A DNA stretch of 64,000 nt, taken from positions 6,820,001-6,884,000 of the forward strand of contig OX597826.1 in assembly GCA_951406725.2 (NCBI GenBank), written 5' to 3'. The position numbers and the translations under genes were made by a program. The notes below the pieces were generated by a model, which saw nothing but the letters and a program-made list of their open reading frames with translations, ran no database searches and was not told where the DNA came from. Source of the DNA: Octopus vulgaris (Eukaryota). This document shows, in pieces, positions 1 through 12,654 of the stretch (positions are counted from its first letter, which is position 1; each line of letters starts with the position of its first letter).

Positions 1-24
1 ACCTTACTAAAAAATATGTGGTAT

Positions 25-208
25 ACTCTTTTAGTCTCTTTTACTCTCTTAATTGTTTCAATTATTTGAATGCGGCCATGCTGGAGCACCGCCTTTAGTC
101 GAGCAAATTAACCCCAGGACTTATTCTTTGTAAGCCTAGTACTTATACTACCGGAACTCTTTTGCCGAATCGCTAAGTTACGGGAACGTGAAGACACCAG
201 CATCTGTT
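25..208 (-). mobile_element. SINE family A, 3' portion
   Basis: Reverse complement of the tail of the full-length copy at 47131-47545 (GCGGCCATGCTGGAGCACCGCCTTTAGTCGAGCAA...CTTATTCTTTGTAAGCCTAGTACTTAT). Confidence 0.9.
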
Positions 209-423
209 AAGCCAATTTATGGTTTGGAATTCTGGTGAAAATAAAAGCAATTTGGAGGGGAAGGGAGTGTTTGGTACTCTCGTCTGAATTACTGGTACCT
301 GGGACGAAGGGACCAGGGAGTGAAATACTACCGAGGACAACATTGCCTTTTATCCGATGGAAAGAGAGGTAAAGCTAAATTCGATGAACCCAGATATACG
401 CACAGCGCTTTATAGAAGAAGAG

Positions 424-735
424 TAGAAGAAGAAGAAGAAGAAGAAGAAGAAGAAGAAGAAGAAGAAGAAGAAGAAGATGAAGGAGAAGAAGAAGAAGAA
501 GAAGAAGAAGAAGAAGAAGAAGATGAAGGAGAAGAAGAAGAAGAAGGAGAAGAAGATGAAGGAGAAGAAGAAGAAGAAGAAGAAGAAGAAGAAGAAGATG
601 AAGGAGAAGAAGATGAGGAGAAGAAGAAGAAGAAGAAGAAGAAGAAGAAGAAGGAGGAGGAGGAGGAGGAGGTGGAGATGAACAAGAAAATGATCATGAT
701 GAACAAGATGATGATGAAGAAGAAGAAGAACAAGA
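424..735. repeat. Compound (GAA)n microsatellite with GAT/GGA interruptions
   Basis: Direct reading; recurring GAAGATGAAGGA interruptions. Explains the poly-E/K/S ORFs. Confidence 0.98.
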
Positions 736-985
736 ATAATGTGGGGCAGACGGAGAAGGGCAGGATATGGATGCAGAGGAGTTGGAGGAATGATGGACAG
801 TCAAGAATGTTTCTCGAATGACAACATCAAAGAATGGATTGGCACCAAGTTCAACTTGGAGCATTCAGAGACCTGGGTACTGGGACCGCGCTTGTCCGAT
901 GATTTTGAGCACAGCGTGTATTTTGTGTGTAATCGCTATCGTCGTTCAACTTTTGAAACACACAATTTGCATCTACCATATGTAC

Positions 986-1025
<40 letters not shown>

Positions 1026-1500
1026 TAATAAGCAGAGATAGACTACTGATAGTCTCATCTACATTCTATCCTTCTTATGTGTTAATAACTGAGCACAGCT
1101 TAAACTTTACATATTGTAGACTGATGTGATGTACATTCGCAAATAACACAGAGAATCATAAATATCTTACTCACGCACTGACATGAGATTAGACGGCATA
1201 TTTATAGCGCCATTGATTTCTGAAAACAAAGATAAACACAAATACGGTTTTGAAGGATTTAAATATGTTTTTGATGAAGTAATTTCTGAATATCTATATA
1301 CATATCTTTGGGGCATTTGTAATGAGTTTTGGAGTGTTCTCACGTTTTGTGGAAAGCAATTGCTTCTCATTTTTAGGTATGTCTTTCAAAAATGCCTCAA
1401 CACACATGTTCTTTCCCTTGCCTGAGAAATGTGTTTGTGTATGTGTGTATGCTTGTGGGTGTATAGATATATGTGCGTGTGTGTGTATGTATATACATTT

Positions 1501-1554
<54 letters not shown>

Positions 1555-1649
1555 AACAGAACGATAAATTCAAAGGTCTAGAGGATATTGAATAGTTAAC
1601 ATACAACGTATATTGCTGCATCTACACATTCAAGCACACACACACACAT

Positions 1650-1862
<213 letters not shown>

Positions 1863-1901
1863 AAGTATGTAAGTATGTGCGTACTTACGTACATGCACAT
1901 C

Positions 1902-2005
1902 GTCGCAGGTACGGCTTTGTGATAAGAAGTTTGCTCACCCACCACATGGCTCTAGTTTCAGTCCCAGTGTATTTATAAGATAGACACTGAAAGGGGCCGA
2001 CGTGT

Positions 2006-2049
<44 letters not shown>

Positions 2050-2254
2050 TTGCGTGAATGTCTATGTTTGTGCATCTCTGTATATGTCTGTGTATATATG
2101 TGTATCTATATTTAGCGGTTCGGCAAACGAGACCGATAGAATAGGTACTAGGCTTACAAAGTATAAGTCCTGGGGTCGATTTGCTCGACTAAAGGCGGTG
2201 CTTCAGTATGGCCTTAGTCAAATGACTGAAACAAGTAAAAGAGTAAAAGAGAGT
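1902..2254 (+). mobile_element. SINE family A, degenerate head and well-preserved tail
   Basis: Head remnant (CCACATGGCTCTAGTTTCAGTCCCA), internal TA tract, tail TTAGCGGTTCGGCAAA...CAAATGACTGAAACAAGTAAAAGAGTAAAAGAG. Confidence 0.85.
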
Positions 2255-2263
2255 AATAGTGTG

Positions 2264-2338
<75 letters not shown>

Positions 2339-3114
2339 ACGTATGTATGTATGTATGTATGTATGTATGTCATTATTCAGTTCATTTCAGGTTTTCTTGA
2401 CAATAGAGAAAGAATCGGTTTCTAACCTAGATCCAAGGAAGTTCCACACTGACAACAGGGTATTTTTGTTTGTATGTATGTATGGACGTATGTATGTATC
2501 TATGAATCTATCTATGTATATATGTGTGGATGTATGCTCAGATTTGTATGCGTTATCTATTTATTCTTATGTATGTATGTATGTATGTATGTATGTAGCG
2601 TTCATATACTGGATGGTCTTGGTAATCAACGTGGTCAGACAACGGTTAAGCATTCAGATGGAGGGATTTCACGGGGTGGAGATGCAAGGTACATAGGTGT
2701 TTTTTTTTCTTCCTCTGTATCTTGCCAATAGTTACCATCGAGATAATTGAATTTAAATACAGAATATGCTGCTGCTATTCAAATGGAGCTATAAATAGTA
2801 GTTAATTATATACAGGGGAAGATACGACTTGACAGAGTAGAACGTACACAGCATTGCCTACAAGAATTAGAGTATCTAATGTATACCAGAGAAGCGCCAT
2901 AACCATTACAGCAAAACGACCTAACAACTCTCAGCCGTCGAAATTAGAAACTTTAATGGACTAGCTAAGAAATAAATATTTTATTTGGGTAGCTTGCAGC
3001 ATTGAGAGTTTTCAAAATAAAAATCTTAAGAAGCTGTGTGAATTCAGTTTGAGCTTCTTAAATATTTATTTTCTGCTTCTTAATAGAATTTCAAATAAAT
3101 GAAATTTTTATTCT

Positions 3115-3360
3115 TATTTTATCTGCTTTTATCTTTTACTTGTCACAGTGATTGGACTGCGCTCATGCTGTGACGCATATTTGAAGGGTTTCTTCGGACA
3201 AATCGACATCAGTGCCTACGTTTTTAAAATCCTGTACTTATCTCGTCGATTCGTCTTGTCCAATTGCTAAGTTGCATGGTTATAAACAAACCAAGAGTGG
3301 CTATCAAATGGTAATGAAACAAACAAAAAGGGACGCATATACACAAACAAAACACACACA
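3115..3360 (-). mobile_element. SINE family A tail, old and degenerate
   Basis: CTTTTACTTGTCACAGTGATTGGACTGCGCTCATGCTG and GCTAAGTTGCATGG resemble the family A tail. Confidence 0.6.
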
Positions 3361-3444
3361 CATGACAGAAAACTGCTTCAAATGTTGTAGGCGATTCTGA
3401 TAGATAATATCTCTGTCGTAAAAGAGAATGTAAGTCCATATATA

Positions 3445-3675
3445 TTCTTTACTCTTTTACTCTTTTATTTGTTATAGTCATTTGACTGTGGCCATGCTGG
3501 AGCACCACCTTTAGTCGAGCAAATCGAACCCAGACTTACTCTTTGCAAGCCTAGTACTTATTCTATCTCTCTCTTTTACCGAACCGCAAAGTTACGGGGA
3601 CGTAAACACACCAACATAAAGTGATGTTGGGGGGACAAACACATGCACACAAGCATATACATACACATACATACA

Positions 3676-3723
<48 letters not shown>

Positions 3724-3888
3724 GACGTAGGAGTGGCTGTGTGGTAAGTAGCTTGTTTACCAACCACATGGTTCCGGGTTCAGTCCCACTGCGTTGCACC
3801 TTGGGCAAATGTCTTCTACTATAGCCTCGGGCCGACCAACGCCTTGTGAGTGGATTTGGTAGACGGAAACTGAAAGAAGCTCGTCGCA

Positions 3889-3947
<59 letters not shown>

Positions 3948-4146
3948 ATGTCTATGTGTCTGTGTTTGTCCCCCCTAGCATTGCTTCACAACCGTTACTT
4001 AGCGGTTTGGCAAAATAGACCGATAGAATAAGTACTGGGCTTACAAAAGAATAAGTCCGGGGTCGAGTTGCTCGATTAAAAGAGGCGGTGCTCCAGCATA
4101 GCCGCAGTCAAATGACTGAAACAAGTAAAAAGATAAAAAGAAAGAG

Positions 4147-4218
<72 letters not shown>

Positions 4219-4386
4219 TATATACGAATGGCTTCTTTTAGTTTCCGTCTACCAAATCCAATCACGAGGCTTTGGTCGGCCCGAGGCTATAGTAGAAGAC
4301 ACTTGCCAAGGAGCCATGTAGTGGGACTGAACCCGGAATCATGTGGTTAGTAAGCAAGCTACTTTCCACACAACCACTCCTACGCC
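3445..4386 (-). mobile_element. SINE family A (outer copy; head 4225-4386, tail 3445-3650) split by a nested copy
   Basis: Head and tail halves on the minus strand flank an opposite-strand complete copy lying in the internal TA/TACA tract. Confidence 0.85.
3724..4148 (+). mobile_element. SINE family A, full length, nested
   Basis: A-box-like TGGCTGTGTGG, B-box-like GGTTCAGTCCC, CACCTTGGGCAA, internal (TA)n, tail ending GTAAAAAGATAAAAAGAAAGAGTA. Confidence 0.92.
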
Positions 4387-4494
4387 TATGGGTAACTATA
4401 TTTTAGGACCAAATAATGGGCAATATGTGTGTCTTGTCTTTGTCGTGGGTCCCACCGAGTATCTATGTCAATAAATATACATATATAACAGTCC

Positions 4495-4910
4495 CGGTGT
4501 GGCTGAGTGGTAAGAAGTGTTTTCCCTACCACATCGTTCCGGGTTCGCACCTACCGTGTGTCACCTTCAGTGAGTAAATTCTTCTAGAGTACCTCGGGCC
4601 CAACGAAAACTTGTGAGTAGATTTGGTGGACAGAAAATCAAAGAAGCCAATGGTACGTATATGCGAGTGTGTATTTGTGTGTGTGTGTGTGTGTGTGTGC
4701 GTCTGTGTGTGGGTATGTGGGTGTGTATGCATGTATACGTACGTATATGAATGCATGTACAAATGTATGTTGGCACAACTGTGTGGTAAGAAACTTGGTT
4801 CACAACCACATGGCTCCGTGTTCAGTCCCACTGCATGGCACCTTGGGTAGTCTTGGTCCGACCAAAGGCATGGGAGCGGATTCAGTGGACGGAAAATGTA
4901 AGATGCCCCT
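4495..4910 (+). mobile_element. Two degenerate SINE family A heads
   Basis: GTGGCTGAGTGGTAAGAAG...TTGTGAGTAGATTTGGTGGACAGAAA and TGTGTGGTAAGAAACTTG...TTCAGTCCCACTGCATGGCACCTTGGG. Confidence 0.75.
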
Positions 4911-5085
4911 CTTATATAAGTGTGTGTGTGTGTTTGCGTGTGTGTGCGTGTGCGCATGGGTGTATGTACATATTCATTTATTGGACAAGGATTGTTGAAG
5001 CACACATAAAGCTATAGATATATGCATGCACATCTTCATTGCAGAGAAAAAATATGAATTTTCTGCATGCATTATACTCTATTGT

Positions 5086-5377
5086 GGAGGCGGCACATAA
5101 CCTAGCAGTCGAGTGATCGCGGATTCGATTCTGAGGCCGGGAGATTTGTGTGTTTATGAGCGAAACAACTAAGCTCCGCGTGGCTCCGGCAGAAGGTAAT
5201 AGCGAACTTCTGCTGACTCTTTCGAGCACAAGTTTCTCTCACTCTTTCTCCCTGCATCTAGCAGCCGACCTGCGACGGACCGGCGTTTCGTGCAGGTGGG
5301 GAACCTATACGCCAATGGAACCGGAAAACCGGCCCATATTGAGCCAGGCATGGCTTGCGAAGGAAACAGCAACAACA
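5086..5377 (+). mobile_element. tRNA-derived SINE, body C with tail T3
   Basis: Body GTGTTTATGAGCGAAACAACTAAGCTCCGCGTGGCTCCGGCAG matches the copies at 6663-6983 and 19841-20205; tail matches 32134-32230; ends in (CAA)n. Confidence 0.8.
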
Positions 5378-5914
5378 TTATACTCTATTATCCATCTTCG
5401 TTTATGGATACATATACATTTTATCACGAAATTGACTAGTATTTCTATCAATTTATATTTTGTCCCGCTACAATAATTTGTAGAGAGTGAAATCCTTCTC
5501 CTAGACAATTTGTTGATGGGTTCTTGCAACACCTATACAGTCATAACCGGAAATCTCAACGAATGTTAAATGATACTAGTGATATCATGATACTTAAGGC
5601 TTATGGCTTATACTAATGTGTTCCATATAAATTGTTCGAGTAACTGAGGTGGGGTTTTATGTGGTAGGTAATAGCATTGCAAATAATGTTAATTTCGGGA
5701 AGGTATTAAAAGTGCTAATAACATTATTTCTTTAAGCCATGTGAAATTGAACCCATCTGTATTAAAACAAACTTGGCTGCTATCATATAACTGAGTTCAG
5801 ACTATTAATTATACCACTAAATTGCTTAGATGAGTTATAAATACTAGTGCCGATATTGTTCCGGGTTGTTAAGCAACAGCTGCCATTTTTTTTTCCTTAA
5901 TTATCTGTTATCTT

Positions 5915-6401
5915 TTTTTCTTTTACGTGTTTCAGTCATTAGACTGTGGCCACGCTGGGGCGCTTCCTTCTATTTTTAATCGAATGAATCAACACCAGTA
6001 CTTCTTTTTTAAGCCCGGTACTTATTCTTTTGGTCTCTTTTGTCGAAACGGTAAGTTACAAGGACGTAAACACAGCGACACCGGTTACCAAGTGGTGAGG
6101 GGGGAGCAAACATAGACAAAAACACGCACACACACACACACTTTGTGAGTAGATTTGATGGATGGAAACTGAAAGAAACCCGTCGTCTATATATATATAT
6201 ATATATACATACGGCGGGCTTCTTTCAGTTTCCATCTACCAAATCCACTCACAAGGTTATGGTCAGCACGTGCTTATTGTAGAAGACACTTGCCTAAAGT
6301 GCCATGCAGTAGAAATGAACCCGAAATCATGTGTTTGGGAAACAAGCTTCTTACATTACAGCCACTCTAATTTGTTAATAATGTGTGTGTGCACGTGTGT
6401 T

Positions 6402-6450
<49 letters not shown>

Positions 6451-6607
6451 GACAGGCTTCTTTCAGTTTCCTTCTACCAAATCCACTCACAAGGTTTTGG
6501 CCGGTCCGAGGCTATAGCAAAAGACACGTGCCAAAGGTGCCACGCAGTGGGACTGAACCCGGAACCATGTAGCTGGTAAGGAAGCTACTTGCCACAAAGC
6601 CACTCCT
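5915..6607 (-). mobile_element. SINE family A cluster (one tail, two heads, short inverted fragment at ~6142-6187)
   Basis: Tail 5915-6120; heads 6210-6367 and 6449-6607 (GGCTTCTTTCAGTTTCC..CTACCAAATCCACTCACAAGG). Confidence 0.85.
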
Positions 6608-6662
6608 GAACATATATATATATATATACATACATATATATACATATATATAAATATATATA

Positions 6663-7163
<501 letters not shown>

Positions 7164-7290
7164 TATATATATATATGTATGTATGTATGTATGCATGTAT
7201 GTATGTATATATGTATGTATGTATATATGTATTTTATATATATATATATATATATATTTATACATATATATATATATATATATATTATAC

Positions 7291-7337
<47 letters not shown>

Positions 7338-7374
7338 ATATGTATATATATATATTTATATATATATATATATA

Positions 7375-7573
7375 CATGAGTAGATTTAGTTAAAAGAAAC
7401 TAAATGAAGCCCGACGCATGTGTGTTTGCGTTTGTGTGAACGTGTGGGTGTATATGCATATGTCTTTGTGCGTCTGTCTCCCGCTACAAGTTGACAACAG
7501 GTTAGAGTGTTTATGTCCCCGTCACCTGGCAGTTTGGCAAAAGACGTCTACAGAATAAGTACCAGACTTTCAA

Positions 7574-7639
<66 letters not shown>

Positions 7640-7982
7640 TATAAATACCTATTTCTTTATTACCCACAAGGGGCTAAACATAGAGGGGACAAACAAGGAC
7701 AGACATAGGTATTAAGTCGATTACATCCTCCCCAGTGCGTAACTGGTACTTAATTTATCGACCCTAAAGGATGAAAGGCAAAGTCGACCTCGGCGGAATT
7801 TGAACTCAGAACGTAACGGCAGACGAAATACCGCTAAGCCTTTCGTCCAGCATGCTAACGATTCTGCCAGCTCGCCGTCTTGGTAATTATGAATACCGGC
7901 GTCGAGCCGTTCGACTAAAATCCTTCAAGGCACCAGCATAGCAGCAGCCTGATGACTGAAACAAGAATAAGATAAAAGATAA
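7375..7982 (+). mobile_element. Older SINE family A copy interrupted by (AAT)n and a family B SINE
   Basis: TGAGTAGATTTAG..AACTAAATGAAGCCCG, GTTTATGTCCCCGTCAC..AGAATAAGTACCAGAC; resumes at ~7898 with GTCGA..TTCGACTAAAA..CCAGCATAGC..ATGACTGAAACAAG. Confidence 0.75.
7650..7883 (-). mobile_element. SINE family B (MetaSINE-like), full length
   Basis: GGCGAGCTGGCAGAATCGTTAGC head and GCCTTTCATCCTTT..GGTCGATAAATTAAGTACCAG (Meta-domain-like); TSD TAATTAT(A/G)AATACC at 7636-7649 and 7884-7897. Confidence 0.92.
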
Positions 7983-8047
7983 CAGCAGCATATATTTGAC
8001 ACTAAACAGATTTTAGTGGCAAGAACACTCGAGTTGTTTATTTAGAC

Positions 8048-8386
8048 GAGTGTTTGTCAATCAGGATCTATGTGACGCCTGGGTTTCATATAGGAATTTT
8101 GGGGGTCCATACTACCAAAATAGTTAAGTGGGGCTTCACTGTAGTATCTTAAAAGCCCACGAAACGTTTTTTTTTTCAATGTATGTATTGCAAGAAATGG
8201 ATTTATTTTGCTAATGTTTTACCGAGTTCAACCTACGCAAGTTAATGTGTAAATAAGAAAACGGGAATTTTGAAAGAAATATGTATAAAATTAGCTTTTA
8301 AATATCGAATGGCTATGAGGGTCCACCAGTATAAAGTAATAAGGAAAGGGGTCCATAGGTAAAAAAAATGTAGTTGAGAACTATAG
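8048..8386. mobile_element. hAT (Charlie-like) MITE
   Basis: Exact 8-bp TSD ATTTAGAC at 8040-8047 and 8387-8394; degenerate TIRs GAGTGTTTGTCAA / GTTGAGAACTATAG resembling CAGTGGTTCTCAAC; subterminal GGGTCCA repeats. Confidence 0.75.
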
Positions 8387-8703
8387 ATTTAGACCAACAC
8401 CACATTTGGTAACCTGCAATATCGTCACTTCTAGGCTGTAGCAGGTGTGAATCTGCTCCTCCAAATCCACTCATGTCACACATCAAATATGCCATTATGC
8501 TAGATATGAATGGATTTGACAGCCCGGCAGTGACAGTAGGGGAAAAGACAGAGTTTGGCATCGAACAGTAGCGAATAACTAATTAAGAAGGCGTAAAATT
8601 TGAAAGGCCCCAATGGACGAATCGAGAATGAAAATAGAAATCAAACTAGACGCAGAATCACCGCATCTTACCTATCAAATTACTATACAATATCTGTGAT
8701 CAT

Positions 8704-8942
8704 AGGCGGCGAGCTGGCAGAAACGTTTGCACGCCGGACGAAATGCGTAGCCGTATTTCGTCTGCCGTTACGTATTTCGTCTGAGTTCAAATTCCGCCGA
8801 GGTCGAACTTTTCCTTTCATCCTTTCAGGGTCGTTAAATTCAGTACCAGTTACGCACTGGGGTCGATGTAATCGACTTAATCCGTTTGTCTGGCCTTGTT
8901 TGTCTCATCTGTGTTTAGCACCTTGTCGGTAGTAAAGAAATA
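8704..8942 (+). mobile_element. SINE family B (MetaSINE-like), full length
   Basis: Complete copy with perfect 15-bp TSD AATATCTGTGATCAT (8689-8703, 8943-8957). Confidence 0.95.
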
Positions 8943-9393
8943 AATATCTGTGATCATCTCAGCGTATTTGATCACAATCCTAGGAAAATGCAAAGAAAGT
9001 CAGATATCCGTGCTGCATTAAATATGGGAAATAAACAGAAAATCATTTTGGGAATACCACTTCATGTGCATTGCTTTTCCCCTTATCAGGAGTTTAGGGT
9101 CGGACATAATTGCGGAAGCTGCTAAGCAGTTGGATAGTATCTTGGATCATGTATTTATATGTAGTAAAGAAGTTTTACTTTACTTTTACTCTTTTTACTT
9201 GTTTCAGTCATTTGAGTGTGGCCATGCTGAAGCACCGCCTTTAGCAACTCGACAACAGGACTTATTCTTTGTAAGCCTAGTATGTATTCTATCGACCTCT
9301 TTTGCCGAACCGCTAAGTTACGGGGACAAACACAGTCACACAGACATATATACACACACACACACATATATACATACATACATACATATATAG

Positions 9394-9425
<32 letters not shown>

Positions 9426-9611
9426 TTATATGTATGTGTGTCTCTGTTTGTCCCTGTAACTTAGCAGTTCGGCAAAAGTGACCTATAGAATATATATATA
9501 TATATATATATATTTATAATAGGATTAGCTCGTATACGAGTAGGTATATATTTGTAAAAAATGAAGTTCGAAAATGCTGCTATATTATACAATTTTTAAT
9601 TTTTATATATA

Positions 9612-9656
9612 CATTATAACATGTTTCAGTTCCTGAAATGAACCTTATCAAAAAAA
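9612..9656 (-). ncRNA. Degenerate minimal type I hammerhead-like motif
   Basis: Minus strand TTGATAA-GGTTC-ATTTCAG-GAACT-GAAACATGTT: stem II pairs, stem III is the palindrome AACATGTT; the core differs from CTGANGA at two positions and stem I is poor. Confidence 0.45.
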
Positions 9657-10023
9657 GTTATATATAAAAAAAAGACAGCTCATGCCGTCAAACACAAGAA
9701 ATTCATTTACAATACACAACGGAGTCAGACATCTTAAAGTTCATATATAGTTTGAAGTAAGTTCATTCATGCTATATGTTCAAAGTGTTCGATGTAGTGG
9801 CCCACGGGGGCGATACGTATTCAATATAAAAAACAGATCAAAGTGGTGGAAAGCAGTCAATACAGAAGATTGATGTTCCCGAAAGAGCGAGGAATTCATT
9901 TTTACCTTGAGCAATTGTGATGACCCATGGTGGGTGTTCGCTGGGTGATTCTGGTGAATTCTGGCGAGTCTTGTGAATTGTTCGGGTTTTATAATGCCTG
10001 TTAGGTGGTCAGTCCAGCGTAGC

Positions 10024-10412
10024 GTGACGTCATCAACGTTTTGACCAATCGTTTCGTTAGGTGGCTTTAGTCAAGCAGAAAGGGACGTCATCAACATTCT
10101 GACCAATCGTGACCTATCGCTGTATTATAACTGCCTCTTGTCTGTATCCTGATTTGACCAGTCGTTTCGTTAGGTGGCTTAGTCAAGCAGAACGGGACGT
10201 CATCAAGATTCTGACCAATCACGACTTATAGCTGTATTAGATCTGCCTCTTTTCGTTAGGTGGCTTAGTCAAGCAGAACTGGATGTCATCAACATTCTGA
10301 CCAATCGTGACCTATCGCTGTATTATAACTGCCTCTTGTCTGTATCCTGTTTTGACCAGTCGTTTCGTTAGGTGGCTTAGTCAAGCAGAACGGGACGTCA
10401 TCAAGATTCTGC

Positions 10413-10417
<5 letters not shown>
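10024..10417. repeat. Tandem repeat of five GACGTCA-N12-CCAAT modules (higher-order period ~198 bp)
   Basis: Repeated TTTCGTTAGGTGGCTTAGTCAAGCAGAACGGGACGTCATCAA(C/G)ATTCTGACCAATC; perfect TGACGTCA at 10025-10032; the fourth module reads GATGTCA. Confidence 0.9.
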
Positions 10418-10465
<48 letters not shown>

Positions 10466-11636
10466 GACAGGCTTCTTTCAGTTTCCGTCTACCAAATCCA
10501 CTCACAAGGCTTTGGTGGGCCCGAGGCTATAGCAGAAAACAATTGCCCAAGGTGCCACGTAGTGGGACTGAACCCGGAAACATGTGGTTGGTAAGCAAGC
10601 TAATTACCACCCAGCCACTCTTACGCCTATGTGTAACTTTCTTTTGGAAATTATACATATCACATGCAGCTACTTTTCCATCAAGAGGATTTTAGAATAC
10701 TACCGAACACGAGACACAGTTGGATACAAAATTGAACTATGTGGATGCGAATTGTAGTATTTAAGCCATGATTTACAAATCTTCATTTTTAATATTTTAT
10801 CCAAATAGATTTGCAGTGATGAAATAATATCGGCTTAAACTGAACCATGTTATTTTTTTTTTCGTTGATTGGAAGTATTTGAACGTAAATTTCGGTGTCT
10901 CGAGCGATATACTTCAAGCCATTTAGCCGTATGTGATCTGATCTGTGACATTTTTGTTTTTATTTTACTTTAACCAGCTTTCTCACTATCTTGAAATATA
11001 GCAAAGTAAATGATTGGCTTAATATTTCATAATTTACATTCACAACCATCGAGCATAAATGCCGTGTTGTTATGTTAAATTCCTTACCATTATTTAAGGA
11101 CCAATAATTATAAACTTTATCTTCAAATTCAATTCATGCACTAATTAATACTATTTCATGTTATACTCCCTTTCTATTTCTATTTCAATTGCGCTTGGCA
11201 GCGTACGCTTAGGTACGAATCTAGAAAAATTTAAGACAAAACATGCTTAGCTTTACCAAATTATAGACTCAATCCAATGGGTTCCTTCCATGAATAACTC
11301 GTGTATATCATGGTAAAATGTGTATCTTGGACTACAAGCGCCCCATTCTTTTATCTAGTTAATCGTGCAATTTGATGGTCTTTCACTGTATTCCCTGACC
11401 GTCTATTTCAACGAAGACAGAATGTGAGTCGATAGAGGCTGGTTGCAATTTCTAGCAAGTTCAATGCATTCGGAGCGGTTCCTTTCTTTCGCGAAAAGAG
11501 ACGGCAACATTAATATTCAATATCTTCCACTGGGTAAATATGAGTTAAGTGAAATTGAAATGTAACAAGCTACAAACTAAAAAGTATGTCACAGACAGCG
11601 GAAAGCTTCCCGACAGCTCTACGCGCACTTAATACG

Positions 11637-12128
<492 letters not shown>

Positions 12129-12654
12129 ACGCACACGCGTTCTAACAGGCATATGTTGTAAGTTCATGCATGTAAACACACTCTTCTTCTTTTATATATG
12201 TAATTAAACATGTTCATGTTGACCTTATGTCTGAGTGCAGTATAGATTGTATACATAAATATTGTTTGAAAAATTCAAAAGATTTTTAATGCAACTTTCT
12301 TACTTCCACCAGTTTATCTCCATGATGTTTACTTTCAATTAAACTTTCAATGACATCTTGTTATTGTCTTTTAAAATTTAAATTCCTTTGTTCTTCTAGC
12401 AAATATATTTGTTTTATGAGATAAAACTGAACCAGACTAAATCTTTTGACAACATCAAAATGCGTTCTATCAATTCTTTCGGACTTTTAGTCTGCGCTTG
12501 TCAACATTGATCTTGTATTTCTTTTCTCTTTTTCTCTACGTTCCGCATAACAAAACAACCGTTCGTTGAATACGCACTCTATTTTTAGTTCTTTTCATTC
12601 TTATTAGTATTAATATTGCCAGTACGACTCTCTCTCTCTCTATCTTTGTCAGAG

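Larger units (their letters stand above)
9172..10627 (-). mobile_element. SINE family A (tail 9172-9345, head 10465-10627) split by a ~1 kb insert
   Basis: Both halves on the minus strand; the internal TA tract contains the 9520-10417 element. Confidence 0.8.

Noticed and set aside
357-821. 154-aa poly-Glu/Lys ORF and overlapping ORFs
   Set aside because: Translation of a (GAA)n microsatellite, open in several frames and both strands.
7949-7962. CTGATGA..GAAAC hammerhead-like match
   Set aside because: Only 2 nt between the two core boxes (no stem II); it is a mutated family A tail hairpin.
8431-8570. Short open frames on both strands in unique sequence
   Set aside because: No recognisable homology or convincing pair of splice sites.
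10024-10417. CRISPR-like repeat/spacer appearance
   Set aside because: The intervening segments are themselves repeated, there are no cas genes and the context is eukaryotic; it is a higher-order tandem repeat.
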